Assembly: GCA_031385045.1 (NCBI GenBank)
Contig: JANNBC010000031.1
Location: 1 to 54,018 of the forward strand
Source of the DNA: a bacterium
GTDB taxonomy: Bacteria > Bdellovibrionota_C > UBA2361 > CALJRW01
Direction: 5' to 3'
Length of the DNA stretch: 54,018 bases
Part shown: one piece after another, positions 39,596-49,020 of the stretch
Position numbering within the stretch: position 1 is the stretch's first letter
Layout of the letters: every line of letters starts with the position of its first letter
Notes under the pieces: generated by a model
Database searches by the model: none
What the model saw: the letters and a program-made list of their open reading frames with translations, nothing else
Told to the model about the DNA's origin: nothing
Position numbers and translations under genes: made by a program

Positions 39596-40660
39596 ATGAA
39601 TAAACAATCCAAAGAGTTCTTATACAAGTTACTGACTACCCCCTCTGTTTCTGGCTACGAGGTTCCAATTCAAAGAGTTGTTAAGGATTATATTACGCCT
39701 CATGCCGATACTGTAGAAGTTGATTTACATGGCAACTTAGTTGCCGGATTAAATGTTAAAGCTAGCAAAAAAGTAATGTTGGCAGGGCACTGTGATCAGA
39801 TTGGCTTTATGGTTCGTTATATTTCTAAAGACGGCTGTTTACATGTTGCGCCAATCGGTGGAATTGATTTTGGTGTGGTGCCTGGTTCTAAAGCTACTGT
39901 GCACACAAAAAACGGGCCAGTTAATGCTGTTTTTGGTCGTCGTCCAATTCATCTTCAAGATAAAGACGATCGTGCGGTAATGAAATTAAGTGAGAAGTAT
40001 TTTTGGTTAGATGTTGGTGCAAAAGATCAGGAAGAAGCTGAGAAGATGATTGGAATTGGAGATCCAGTAACTTATCATCTTAATGTTACTGAGCTTGCTA
40101 ATAATCTAATTGCGGGCCCAGGCATGGATGATCGTGTCGGTTGTTATGTGGCAATTGAAACTCTAAAAGAATGTAGTAAGCGTAAATTAGCAGTCGCGCT
40201 TTATGCCGCTAGTACGGTTCAAGAAGAAGTTGGCCTTCGCGGAGCGATTACAGCTGCCTATAGTGTAAACCCAGAAGTGGGACTGGCGATTGATGTGACT
40301 CATGCGACGGACAATCCAGGTGCTAATGATTTAAAAGATACAACTATCGCTATAAATGGTGGCCCAACAATTAGTCGTGGTTTAAATACTAATCCAGTAG
40401 TGGAGCAAAGATTACTTGCCGCTGCTAAGGATGCTAAAGTTAAGACTCAAGTTGACCTTTATCCAATGCCAAGTGGAACAGATGCTTCTGCAATACAGTT
40501 AAGTCGAGGTGGTACGGCTACGGCTTCTATTGGAATACCTTGTCGTTATATGCATACGAATGTTGAGGTGGTCTCGCTTCAAGATATTGATAACACAGTG
40601 AAATTACTCACAGAATTCATTTGTAAGATTCAGGCTAAGACTGACTTCCGTCCGCTCTAG
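39596..40660 (+). CDS. M42 family metallo-aminopeptidase
   Basis: PSVSGYE, GHCDQIG, DDRVG, QEEVGLRGA, GTDA and RYMH. Confidence 0.92.
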   Translation: MNKQSKEFLYKLLTTPSVSGYEVPIQRVVKDYITPHADTVEVDLHGNLVAGLNVKASKKVMLAGHCDQIGFMVRYISKDGCLHVAPIGGIDFGVVPGSKATVHTKNGPVNAVFGRRPIHLQDKDDRAVMKLSEKYFWLDVGAKDQEEAEKMIGIGDPVTYHLNVTELANNLIAGPGMDDRVGCYVAIETLKECSKRKLAVALYAASTVQEEVGLRGAITAAYSVNPEVGLAIDVTHATDNPGANDLKDTTIAINGGPTISRGLNTNPVVEQRLLAAAKDAKVKTQVDLYPMPSGTDASAIQLSRGGTATASIGIPCRYMHTNVEVVSLQDIDNTVKLLTEFICKIQAKTDFRPL

Positions 40661-40708
40661 GGAAGTGGTATACTTATCTGCCTTTGTTGGGGAGCTTGAT
40701 TCCTTTTA

Positions 40709-40897
40709 GGCTGGGATTTATTGCGGGCAACCCGCCTTCCCACTTTGTGCTATGGCGTGGTAAATTGTCAGTTTTTTATGCTTCGTGGAATTACTTGCCG
40801 GGGATTTTTTCTCTTTTTGGGCTGGGATTTATTGCGGGCAACCCGCCTTCGCACTTTGTGCTACGGCGTGGTAAATTGTCAGTTTTTTTTTGCTTCG
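40709..40897. repeat. Two ~77-bp direct repeats (period 111 bp)
   Basis: 40709-40785 and 40820-40897 are near-identical; each contains CCGCCTTC(G/C)CACTTTGTGCTAYGGCGTGG. Confidence 0.9.
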
Positions 40898-40917
40898 CAA
40901 AGTTTTGTACAATTTAT

Positions 40918-41142
40918 ATGAAAAATAAACAGACTATTCTTTATACGTTGTTGGGGATCATGTTTGGGATTGTTATTGGGATGATCACAATTAGTTCCGC
41001 AAGTGCTGTTGATATGCAGGCAGATCCATATGGGCAAGTTACAAGTTGCCATGAAGAGAAGAAAGAGTGCGAGGAAGGCAAGGATTGTAAATGTGTTCTG
41101 GCTAAATCGACCTGTACAGAATCTCAAAGCTGTGGGATGTAA
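40918..41142 (+). CDS. Small secreted six-cysteine protein (74 aa)
   Basis: MKNKQ, a hydrophobic core and an ASA cleavage site; the mature part has 6 Cys. The upstream ORF extension is only translated repeat. Confidence 0.6.
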   Translation: MKNKQTILYTLLGIMFGIVIGMITISSASAVDMQADPYGQVTSCHEEKKECEEGKDCKCVLAKSTCTESQSCGM

Positions 41143-41169
41143 GCTGTCCTACGAATTTCCTCTAGGTTC

Positions 41170-41547
41170 TTAGTTAATAATCTTAGTTGGACGATTATTC
41201 TCATCTACTGCAACCATTAATACCTCAGCTGTCGTTACTTGATCCACTTGTGAAGAGTTATTATGTCGTTGAGCTTCTACTGTAACACGAACCATTACTG
41301 AGGTATTTCCTATTTTTACTGTCTCTGTGTAGAAATTAACGGCATCTCCCACAAAGACAGGTGCTACGAAATTAGCTTCTTTGAACAGCTTTGTTACAAA
41401 TTTTTGATTCGCAATCAGTGTGGCATGTTGCGCCGCAGCTAGATCCACTAAGCTTAATATGTGGCCTCCAAAGATATGACCCATATAATTAGTGTCACGA
41501 GGTAACATCACTGTACGAATTGCTAAAAATCGGCTATTTCTGTTCAT
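41170..41547 (-). CDS. Acyl-CoA thioesterase (hotdog fold, YciA-like)
   Basis: PRDTN..GHIFGG..LSLVD, PVFVGD and GNTS. Confidence 0.9.
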   Translation of the reverse strand: MNRNSRFLAIRTVMLPRDTNYMGHIFGGHILSLVDLAAAQHATLIANQKFVTKLFKEANFVAPVFVGDAVNFYTETVKIGNTSVMVRVTVEAQRHNNSSQVDQVTTAEVLMVAVDENNRPTKIIN

Positions 41548-41680
41548 TAATTTAAGTAGTTATAGTCGTTTTAAGGTAAGTTATTTCTGGTAATTCCGAT
41601 AGCCCTCTTGAAAATCAAGTATTTTATACCTACTAAATATTGATAACTAGAACGATCTAGATTTAGCCTAATATATTCAC

Positions 41681-44395
41681 ATGTTAAATTCAGTTTTTAA
41701 AAAAGTATTTGGAACGTCTAATGACCGCTTCCTTAAAACACTAGCTCCAACTGTTGCCAAGATTAATGAGCTTGAACCACAGTTTGCAAAATTAAACGAT
41801 CAGGATCTTCGTCGTCATACCTTAGTTTTTAAGGAGCGTTTAGCTCGTGGGGAAACCTTAGAGCAAATTTTACCAGAAGTCTTCGCGGTTGTTAGACAGG
41901 CAGCACAAAGAACCCTTGGCATGCGACACTATGACGTACAGTTAATTGGTGGAATGGTTTTGCATCGAGGTATGATTGCTGAAATGAAAACTGGGGAAGG
42001 TAAGACCTTGATGGCTACGCTTCCTGTTTATCTAAATGCTTTAAGTGGTAAAGGCGTTCACGTTGTAACAGTCAACGACTACTTAGCTAAGCGTGATGCT
42101 GAGTGGATGGGGCAAATTTACAACTTCTTAGGAATGGATGTTGGTGTGATCTATTCAGGTATGCCCGAGGAAGATAAGCGCAGTGCTTATCAGGCTGATA
42201 TTACTTATGGCCAGAATAATGAATTTGGGTTTGATTACTTAAGAGATAATTTAAAGTTTAGTAAAGAAGATTTAATGCAACGAGGGCATAACTATGCACT
42301 TGTTGATGAGGTCGATTCAATCTTAATTGATGAGGCTCGAACTCCATTAATTATTTCTGGCCCAGCAGAGGATTCTTCAGCGCTATATTCAAAAGTTAAT
42401 AAGATCATTCCAAAACTTCAGATCGATCTAGACTATGAGATGGATCTAAAAACTAAGAATCCAACATTAACGGAAGCAGGAATCGCTAAGGCCGAAGAGT
42501 TGTTAGCTGTCGAGAACTTATACGATCCAACTGAAATCGAAACTCTCCATCACGTTAATCAAAGTCTGAAAGCTTACAATACAATGCACCGGGACATCGA
42601 TTACGTTGTTAAGAATGGACAGGTAATTATTGTTGATGAATTTACAGGTCGTTTAATGCCTGGCAGGCGCTGGTCTGATGGTTTGCATCAAGCTATTGAA
42701 GCCAAAGAGGGCGTGAAGATTGCTCGTGAAAATAGAACACTTGCTTCGATTACGTTCCAAAATCTATTTCGAATGTATGGCAAGCTTTCTGGTATGACTG
42801 GAACAGCAATGACTGAGGCTGCAGAGTTTAAGACAATTTATAACTTAGATGTTGCTGTGATTCCTACAAATCTTCAGCTTGCTAGAAAAGATATTGTTGA
42901 TGTCGTTTATCGCACAAATCGCGAAAAATACGATGCAGTCATTGAAGAAATTGTTGAGGCAAATTCCAAGGGGCAGCCAACACTTGTGGGAACGACAAAC
43001 ATTGAGCAGAGTGAATTACTTTCTAGTCTTTTGGTGCAAAAATCTATTCCCCACCATGTGCTTAATGCTAAACATCACCAAAAAGAAGCCGAGATTGTGG
43101 CTCAAGCTGGAAGATATTCTGCTGTGACTATTGCTACTAACATGGCGGGTAGAGGAACGGATATTGTACTTGGTGGTAACCCAGAACATTTAGCAAGTTC
43201 TAAAGCAAAAAAAGGAACGCCAGAATACGAAGATGCTTTAGTCGAGGCTAAGGAGATCTGCGCCAAGGAAAAACAAGAAGTATTAGCCGCTGGAGGACTC
43301 TACATTATTGGAACAGAACGACACGAGTCGAGGCGAATTGATAATCAGTTAAGAGGTCGTGCTGGACGACAGGGAGATCCAGGTAGATCACTTTTTTATA
43401 TCTCATTAGAAGATAACCTGATGAAACGCTTTGGTGGCGATCGCTATCAAGAGTTAATGAAGAAGATGGGTTGGAAAGAGGGTTTAGCCATCGACAGTCG
43501 AATCATTAGTAAGACTATTGAGAATGCTCAGGCCAGAGTTGAGCGATATCACTTTGAAAGTCGTAAGCAAGTAACTGAGTATGATGATGTACTGAATAAA
43601 CAGAGAAAGGCTATTTATAATCTTAGAAGTAAAGTCTTAGATGGGGTCGACCTTCGTAGTGAAGTTTTGCTAATGATTGATGATCTATTAGAAGATACCG
43701 TGCTGGCTGTTTGTTCTGAAGATCAAAAGCCAAACCTGTGGGATTTATCCTTACTTGAAGAGCGCTATAAATTTTTATTTAATCACGAAGTTATCATCCC
43801 TCAGAAAATCAAAACTGATCAGCAAGCGATCTTTGATCATTTAAGAAATGAAGCTAAAGATTACTATAAAGCAAAAGCCTTAAGTCAGCAGGCAGTAATG
43901 GATGAGTTCTTAGCTGATAATCAAAGTTTAAATTTCAATTTGTCTTTGACCGAAGCTGGTAAAGTTTTTGATTTTAAATTTACAACTGTGGAACAAGAAA
44001 CAGTTCTAGAACTACTTGATCAAAACTGGAATAGTCATTTACAACAAATGGATTTTTTACGTGAAGGTATTGGGCTTCGGGGTTATGCCCAGCAAAATCC
44101 GCTGCATGAATACCAAAAAGAAGGTTATGGATTATTCACTGTCATGCTGGATAAGTTTAAAGAAGAAGTCGTTCGTAAGCTAGCCTACTTTGATGCCGAT
44201 CACCTACAAAAATTAATTCAGCATTTTATGGCTGAACACCAACGCCGCGAAGAAATCCAACGTCAGATGGAATTAGCTGGAGTTGAAGATAAGGCTGACG
44301 AAGATGGTAAGATCACTTCCTTTCTGCCAAAAGATCCAGAAGAGGCTCGCGCTAAGTTGCAGGAGCGAAAGAAAATGCGGAAGAAAATGAGATAG
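41681..44395 (+). CDS. secA: Preprotein translocase subunit SecA
   Basis: EMKTGEGKT, DEVDSILIDEARTPLIISG and QLRGRAGRQGDPG. Confidence 0.98.
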   Translation: MLNSVFKKVFGTSNDRFLKTLAPTVAKINELEPQFAKLNDQDLRRHTLVFKERLARGETLEQILPEVFAVVRQAAQRTLGMRHYDVQLIGGMVLHRGMIAEMKTGEGKTLMATLPVYLNALSGKGVHVVTVNDYLAKRDAEWMGQIYNFLGMDVGVIYSGMPEEDKRSAYQADITYGQNNEFGFDYLRDNLKFSKEDLMQRGHNYALVDEVDSILIDEARTPLIISGPAEDSSALYSKVNKIIPKLQIDLDYEMDLKTKNPTLTEAGIAKAEELLAVENLYDPTEIETLHHVNQSLKAYNTMHRDIDYVVKNGQVIIVDEFTGRLMPGRRWSDGLHQAIEAKEGVKIARENRTLASITFQNLFRMYGKLSGMTGTAMTEAAEFKTIYNLDVAVIPTNLQLARKDIVDVVYRTNREKYDAVIEEIVEANSKGQPTLVGTTNIEQSELLSSLLVQKSIPHHVLNAKHHQKEAEIVAQAGRYSAVTIATNMAGRGTDIVLGGNPEHLASSKAKKGTPEYEDALVEAKEICAKEKQEVLAAGGLYIIGTERHESRRIDNQLRGRAGRQGDPGRSLFYISLEDNLMKRFGGDRYQELMKKMGWKEGLAIDSRIISKTIENAQARVERYHFESRKQVTEYDDVLNKQRKAIYNLRSKVLDGVDLRSEVLLMIDDLLEDTVLAVCSEDQKPNLWDLSLLEERYKFLFNHEVIIPQKIKTDQQAIFDHLRNEAKDYYKAKALSQQAVMDEFLADNQSLNFNLSLTEAGKVFDFKFTTVEQETVLELLDQNWNSHLQQMDFLREGIGLRGYAQQNPLHEYQKEGYGLFTVMLDKFKEEVVRKLAYFDADHLQKLIQHFMAEHQRREEIQRQMELAGVEDKADEDGKITSFLPKDPEEARAKLQERKKMRKKMR

Positions 44396-44953
44396 ATGAT
44401 TATTGAAACAGAAAAGCTTATTCTTCGGCCAGTAGAATTATCTGATGCTGAAAGTATTAGGCTTAATGTTAATAACATCAATATCTCACGCTATTTAACC
44501 GTTGTGCCTTTTCCCTATACAGAATCTGATGCTACTTGGTGGGTAAATAATTGTGTTTCAGAAAGAAGCTCTAAAGAAAAAATAACTTTTGCTGTTGTGA
44601 TTAAACCAAGCTCCGATGTCGTTGGGCATGTTTCTTTTTATGGGATTAATTTAATACATAAGACTGCGGAAATAGGTTATTGGCTTGGTGAGTCTTACTG
44701 GAGGAGGGGGTATATCTCCCAGGCGGTTCGAGCTATTTTGCCGTATGCTTTCAAAGAACTAGATTTTCGCCGGCTATCGATTCGTGTCTTTGCAGAAAAC
44801 CAAGCATCAGCGTTGCTAGCTCAGAAATTAGGATTCCAATTTGAGGGCTTGCTTCGTCAGGCTGTTACATGTTGAGCTACAGGCAAAGTTCATGATGAGA
44901 AAATTTTTGGATTACTTCGTGAGGATTGGATCTGCTCTTCGCCGGAACTGTAA
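44396..44953 (+). pseudogene. RimJ/RimL-type GNAT acetyltransferase interrupted by an in-frame TGA
   Basis: AEIGYWL and N.AS...KLGFQFEG motifs. After the TGA at 44873-44875 the same frame continues ATGKVHDEKIFGLLREDW to TAA at 44953. Confidence 0.75.
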
Positions 44954-44995
44954 AAAAGGCTTGCTTAATTCCGTTTTTTTAGTAAAATTGGAATT

Positions 44996-46126
44996 ATGTA
45001 CGACAGAAATCTGAAAATAATACCAAATCAAAGCTATTTTCTGCTTGGTCCTAGGGGAACTGGCAAGTCTTCATGGTTAAGAAGCGAGTATCCTGAGTCT
45101 GATTATGTCAATCTTTTGGTTGATAAGACTTACACTGAACTCTTAGCAAATCCTGATCGCTTGGAAACTTATATTAATAATCCAACAAAAGTTATTTTAA
45201 TTGATGAAATTCAAAAAGTTCCTAGCCTACTTAATACTGTTCATCGTTTAATTGAAGAAAAGAAATATAATTTCTTATTAACGGGTTCTAGTGCTCGGAA
45301 GTTGCGATCTAAGGGGGTTAATCTTTTAGCCGGTCGAGCTTATAGTAAAAATTTTCATCCATTAACTACGCTAGAGCTAAGGTCCGATTTTAATTTGAAC
45401 TTTTCTTTAGAATTTGGATTTTTACCAGCTATTTTTTCTGAGCCAAGCCCTAAGGATTATTTACAGAGTTATGTTGCTACTTATTTAAAAGAGGAAGTTT
45501 TGCAGGAAGGGTTAGTTCGTAATTTGTCAGGTTTTGCTAGATTTTTAGAGGCTGCTTCTTTCTCGCAGGGATCGGTTTTGAATATTACTAATGTTGCCAT
45601 GGAGTGTGCGGTGGAGAGAAGAGTAGTGAGTAACTATTTTAGCATACTGGAAGATTTACTGATTGCTTTTAGGCTTCCAGTCTTTTCAAGGAAGGCTCAA
45701 CGAAGACTTATTACCCATCCTAAGTTTTATTTTTTTGATTGTGGCGTTTATCGTTCGATTCGACCACTTGGGCCATTAGATAATAATTCTGAAATCGAAG
45801 GTATTGCTTTAGAGACTCTTGTTCTTCAACAGCTTAGAGCAATTAACGATAATCAGAATCTGGGATATGAGATATTTTTTTGGAAAACTAGGGAGAGGCA
45901 GGAGGTTGACTTTGTGCTTTACGGAGAGAATGGCTTTCATGCTATTGAAGTTAAAAGATCTGCTACTTACCGCGCTTCCGATCTTAGTGGCTTGAAATTA
46001 TTCAAGGAGGATTATCCGCAAGCTAAAGCATATTTATTATATCTTGGTAGTGAAGTACGAAATGAATCTGGTATAACAATTATGCCAGTAACTAAGTTTC
46101 TAAATGAAATTGTAGGATTGATTTAG
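44996..46126 (+). CDS. AAA+ ATPase with C-terminal DUF4143/nuclease-like domain
   Basis: GPRGTGKS, IDEIQK, LTGSS, LAGR, KFYFFDCG and EVDF...IEVK. Confidence 0.85.
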   Translation: MYDRNLKIIPNQSYFLLGPRGTGKSSWLRSEYPESDYVNLLVDKTYTELLANPDRLETYINNPTKVILIDEIQKVPSLLNTVHRLIEEKKYNFLLTGSSARKLRSKGVNLLAGRAYSKNFHPLTTLELRSDFNLNFSLEFGFLPAIFSEPSPKDYLQSYVATYLKEEVLQEGLVRNLSGFARFLEAASFSQGSVLNITNVAMECAVERRVVSNYFSILEDLLIAFRLPVFSRKAQRRLITHPKFYFFDCGVYRSIRPLGPLDNNSEIEGIALETLVLQQLRAINDNQNLGYEIFFWKTRERQEVDFVLYGENGFHAIEVKRSATYRASDLSGLKLFKEDYPQAKAYLLYLGSEVRNESGITIMPVTKFLNEIVGLI

Positions 46127-46677
46127 ATTGGTCTTATTAGCTTAGAATCAATTGGTTCGCCCAGTAGTTCAGGAAGTTCTGGTCTTGGTTGAGTGCCACC
46201 ATGGCTTGGTAAAATTGGTTGGCGCGAATTATTAATATTCTCTTGAAGTTTTATTAAGGCATCAAGGACCGTCTCTGGTCTTGGTGGGCAACCTGGGATG
46301 TACATATCAACAGGGATAATTTTATCAATTCCAGCAACAGTTGTGTAGTTATCATAGAAGCCACCAGAGGAAGCGCAAGCACCAAAGGCTACTACATACT
46401 TTGGCTCAGCCATTTGTTCGTAAACACGAAGTAAAACAGGCGCTAGTTTGTGATTTACAGTTCCAACAACCATTAATAAATCTGATTGTCTGGGAGTAAA
46501 TCTTGGAAGTGCGGCTCCAAAACGATCAGTATCATAGTGGGCACAACTAACAGCCATATACTCCATTCCGCAACAAGCAGTAACGAAAGGATAAGTGAAT
46601 AGGGAATACTTACGAGCCCAGCCAATTGCTGAATCTAATTGTGTGTGAAAAAAACTAATTCCTTCTGGAGCTTTCAT
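46123..46677 (-). CDS. nuoB: NADH-quinone oxidoreductase subunit B
   Basis: TACCGME, PRQSDL, GACASSGG and PGCPPRPE. Confidence 0.92.
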   Translation of the reverse strand: MKAPEGISFFHTQLDSAIGWARKYSLFTYPFVTACCGMEYMAVSCAHYDTDRFGAALPRFTPRQSDLLMVVGTVNHKLAPVLLRVYEQMAEPKYVVAFGACASSGGFYDNYTTVAGIDKIIPVDMYIPGCPPRPETVLDALIKLQENINNSRQPILPSHGGTQPRPELPELLGEPIDSKLIRPI

Positions 46678-46808
46678 AATCGATTTTAATTTAGAGCAAT
46701 CTCAATAATAGCAATCCTTCGTTGCTTACACAGCTTACAGAAGTTATGACGAACGAGAAAGCTATGGAGGACACATTTTTTTCTATTTATTTAAATAAAT
46801 AGAAAAAA

Positions 46809-46884
46809 TGGCACGCCAGGAGGGACTTGAACCCCCAACCCTCGGATTTGGAATCCGATGCTCTACCAATTGAGCTACTAGCGT
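46809..46884 (-). tRNA. tRNA-Trp (CCA)
   Basis: The reverse complement ACGCTAGTAGCTCAATTGGTAGAGCATCGGATTCCAAATCCGAGGGTTGGGGGTTCAAGTCCCTCCTGGCGTGCCA folds as a cloverleaf with anticodon CCA and an encoded CCA end. Confidence 0.95.
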
Positions 46885-47054
46885 AGATTTTAGCTATCAA
46901 CCATAGGTTGATAGCTAAAATCTACCACGCCGAAGCTAAGAAATTAAAATTAGTTAATTTCTTAGTAAGCGAAGGCGGTTTGTTGTGAAATGCCTAACCT
47001 GAAGCATAAAAACAAATTATATTTCTCAACCCTCCTTCGCCAAGGCTTCGGAGG

Positions 47055-47108
47055 GTACTAAACTTTACACTCATAAACTTTAAAGTTTATGAGTGTAAAG
47101 TTTAGTAC
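47055..47108. repeat. Perfect 54-bp spacerless palindrome
   Basis: GTACTAAACTTTACACTCATAAACTTT|AAAGTTTATGAGTGTAAAGTTTAGTAC. Confidence 0.95.
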
Positions 47109-47419
47109 TTTTTCACACTTGGATCAACTTGATCGGACCAAGCCAAAATGCCACCTTTTAGGTTATGAACATTAGTAAAGCAAGCTACTCGTTCCAAGTA
47201 TTCCGTTGCTCGACCACTTCGTCCACCACTCTTACAATATACGATAATTTTTCGATCTTTAGGAACGGTAGGGATGTTGTTTGGTAATGTGCCAAGTGGA
47301 ATTAAATTTCCACCAATATCAGCTACCAGTTTTTCAGACTCTTCGCGAACATCAATTAGCACAAAATCTTCAGCATTATTTTGCATGCCTTTTAATTCTT
47401 TTGGAGTAATTTCTTTCAT
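47102..47419 (-). CDS. Rhodanese-like domain protein
   Basis: LIDVRE, YCKSGGRS and NLKGGILAW. Confidence 0.9.
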   Translation of the reverse strand: MKEITPKELKGMQNNAEDFVLIDVREESEKLVADIGGNLIPLGTLPNNIPTVPKDRKIIVYCKSGGRSGRATEYLERVACFTNVHNLKGGILAWSDQVDPSVKKY

Positions 47420-47429
47420 AGTATTTAAT

Positions 47430-48224
47430 TTAAATAACAGCTTTCATTACTTGAAACTGACCAGCGTTTGAAATGATTTGTCCAATTGCTAGCTGCGGGT
47501 CATGTTGAAAGATGACCATGTATTTTTCTTTAATAGCTTCGTTAATAAATTTTTGCTTTTCTTCTAGTAAGACCTCAGCATTGATCTCATAGGACATGTG
47601 ATAGGCCAGACTTAAGTGGTGCGATGTCGGAATCAGATCGCTAACGAAAGCTATTGTTAGGCGATTAGTTTTGATTTTTAACCATTGTAATCCACGAGTA
47701 TGTCCGTTAGAAATTTGTGTTGTAATTCCAGGGATAATTTCCTTTTCGCCAATAATTAGATTTAATTTTTGCTTACGAAGAAAATCAAGATCGTGTGCTT
47801 CGTAGGCATTGTTTTCTTTAAGGCTAGGCTTCAGAGCTTCTTCCCATTGTTGCTTTTGAATGTGATAGCGTGCTTTTGGGTATGTTGCTTTTTGTTGATT
47901 ATGATCAATGCTGAATAATCCACCAGTATGATCGAAATGCAGATGAGTAAGTATTATATCGGTAATTGTCTCCGGGTTTGGAACTTCATGGCGATCCTCA
48001 ATGGCATAACGTTCCTTAATTTTTTCCGAGAAATTACTACCCATTCCTAGATCAATAATGACTCGACGATCGTTAGTTTCAATTAGCAAAGTGTTTGAAG
48101 CCATTAAAATACGATTTTGTTGATCGGCGGGGCAAAGTTTTGACCAGACAGGTTTTGGTACTGGGCCAAACATTGCACCACCATCAAGCTTAAAGTTTCC
48201 AAAATTATGCAAACTAATTTTCAT
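47430..48224 (-). CDS. MBL-fold metallo-hydrolase (YtnP-like)
   Basis: LDGGAMFG, THLHFDHTGG and GHT. Confidence 0.9.
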   Translation of the reverse strand: MKISLHNFGNFKLDGGAMFGPVPKPVWSKLCPADQQNRILMASNTLLIETNDRRVIIDLGMGSNFSEKIKERYAIEDRHEVPNPETITDIILTHLHFDHTGGLFSIDHNQQKATYPKARYHIQKQQWEEALKPSLKENNAYEAHDLDFLRKQKLNLIIGEKEIIPGITTQISNGHTRGLQWLKIKTNRLTIAFVSDLIPTSHHLSLAYHMSYEINAEVLLEEKQKFINEAIKEKYMVIFQHDPQLAIGQIISNAGQFQVMKAVI

Positions 48225-48235
48225 TTATTTTAATT

Positions 48236-49018
48236 TTAATTAAGTTGCTTTAAAGGTAGGCGAAAAAAATTAATCGTATTATTATAGATTATCTTATTAG
48301 ATTCTGGTGTCGATAAGTTTTTTAATTCAGCCAGTTTTGTCGCAGTTTTTGCAATATAACCTGGGCGACACAATTTTCCACGATATGGCTCTGGCGCTAG
48401 GTAGGGGCCATCTGTTTCTAACATTATTTGTTTGATTGGAATATCTTTAACGGCATTTCTAGCTTTTTCGGCATTTTTAAAAGTAATTACGCCTGGGAAG
48501 GAAACCATAAAGTTAATTTCAGCTAGTCGCTCCGCAAAAGCAGCATCTTCGCTAAAGCAGTGAAATACTCCACCAACTAATTTAGCTTCCATTTCAATTA
48601 GAATTTTTAAGCAATCTTCGGCCGCATCACGAGAATGAATGACTAAGGGTTTCTTGTATTCATGCGCTAATTCGATTTGTTGACGAAAGACTTTAATCTG
48701 ATCTTTGGCATTCTCTTTTTGATAATAATAGTCGAGACCAGTCTCTCCGATTGCTACTACTTTAGAATGCTGAACTTGATCTTTAATTGTTTCAATTTCA
48801 ATTTTACTACTAACTTCTAGTGGATGGATTCCAACTACGGCATAAATATTATGATGAGTCTCGGCAAGCTTTACTGATTCTTCTGCAGAATCTAATCCTG
48901 CCCCTGCGCCAATATTGATAAACGCACGAACACCTGCCTCCTCAGCTTCGCCTAGAAGCTCTGATAGGCTTTCCCGATATTCTTGGCTAATGAGGTGAAT
49001 GTGAGAATCAATGATCAT
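48236..49018 (-). CDS. tatD: TatD family hydrolase
   Basis: DSHIH, GIHP, IGETGLDY, HCF and ETDGPYL. Confidence 0.92.
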   Translation of the reverse strand: MIIDSHIHLISQEYRESLSELLGEAEEAGVRAFINIGAGAGLDSAEESVKLAETHHNIYAVVGIHPLEVSSKIEIETIKDQVQHSKVVAIGETGLDYYYQKENAKDQIKVFRQQIELAHEYKKPLVIHSRDAAEDCLKILIEMEAKLVGGVFHCFSEDAAFAERLAEINFMVSFPGVITFKNAEKARNAVKDIPIKQIMLETDGPYLAPEPYRGKLCRPGYIAKTATKLAELKNLSTPESNKIIYNNTINFFRLPLKQLN

Positions 49019-49020
49019 AA

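Noticed and set aside
40684..40921. ORF extensions with repeated GFIAGNPPSHFVL or RATRL peptides, and a possible CRISPR array
   Set aside because: They derive from two 77-bp DNA repeats; there are only two units, too long for CRISPR repeats, and no cas genes.
44873..44875. Alternative genetic code (UGA as Trp or Gly)
   Set aside because: Other genes end at TGA, tRNA-Trp has a CCA anticodon, and the long ORFs are intact under the standard code.
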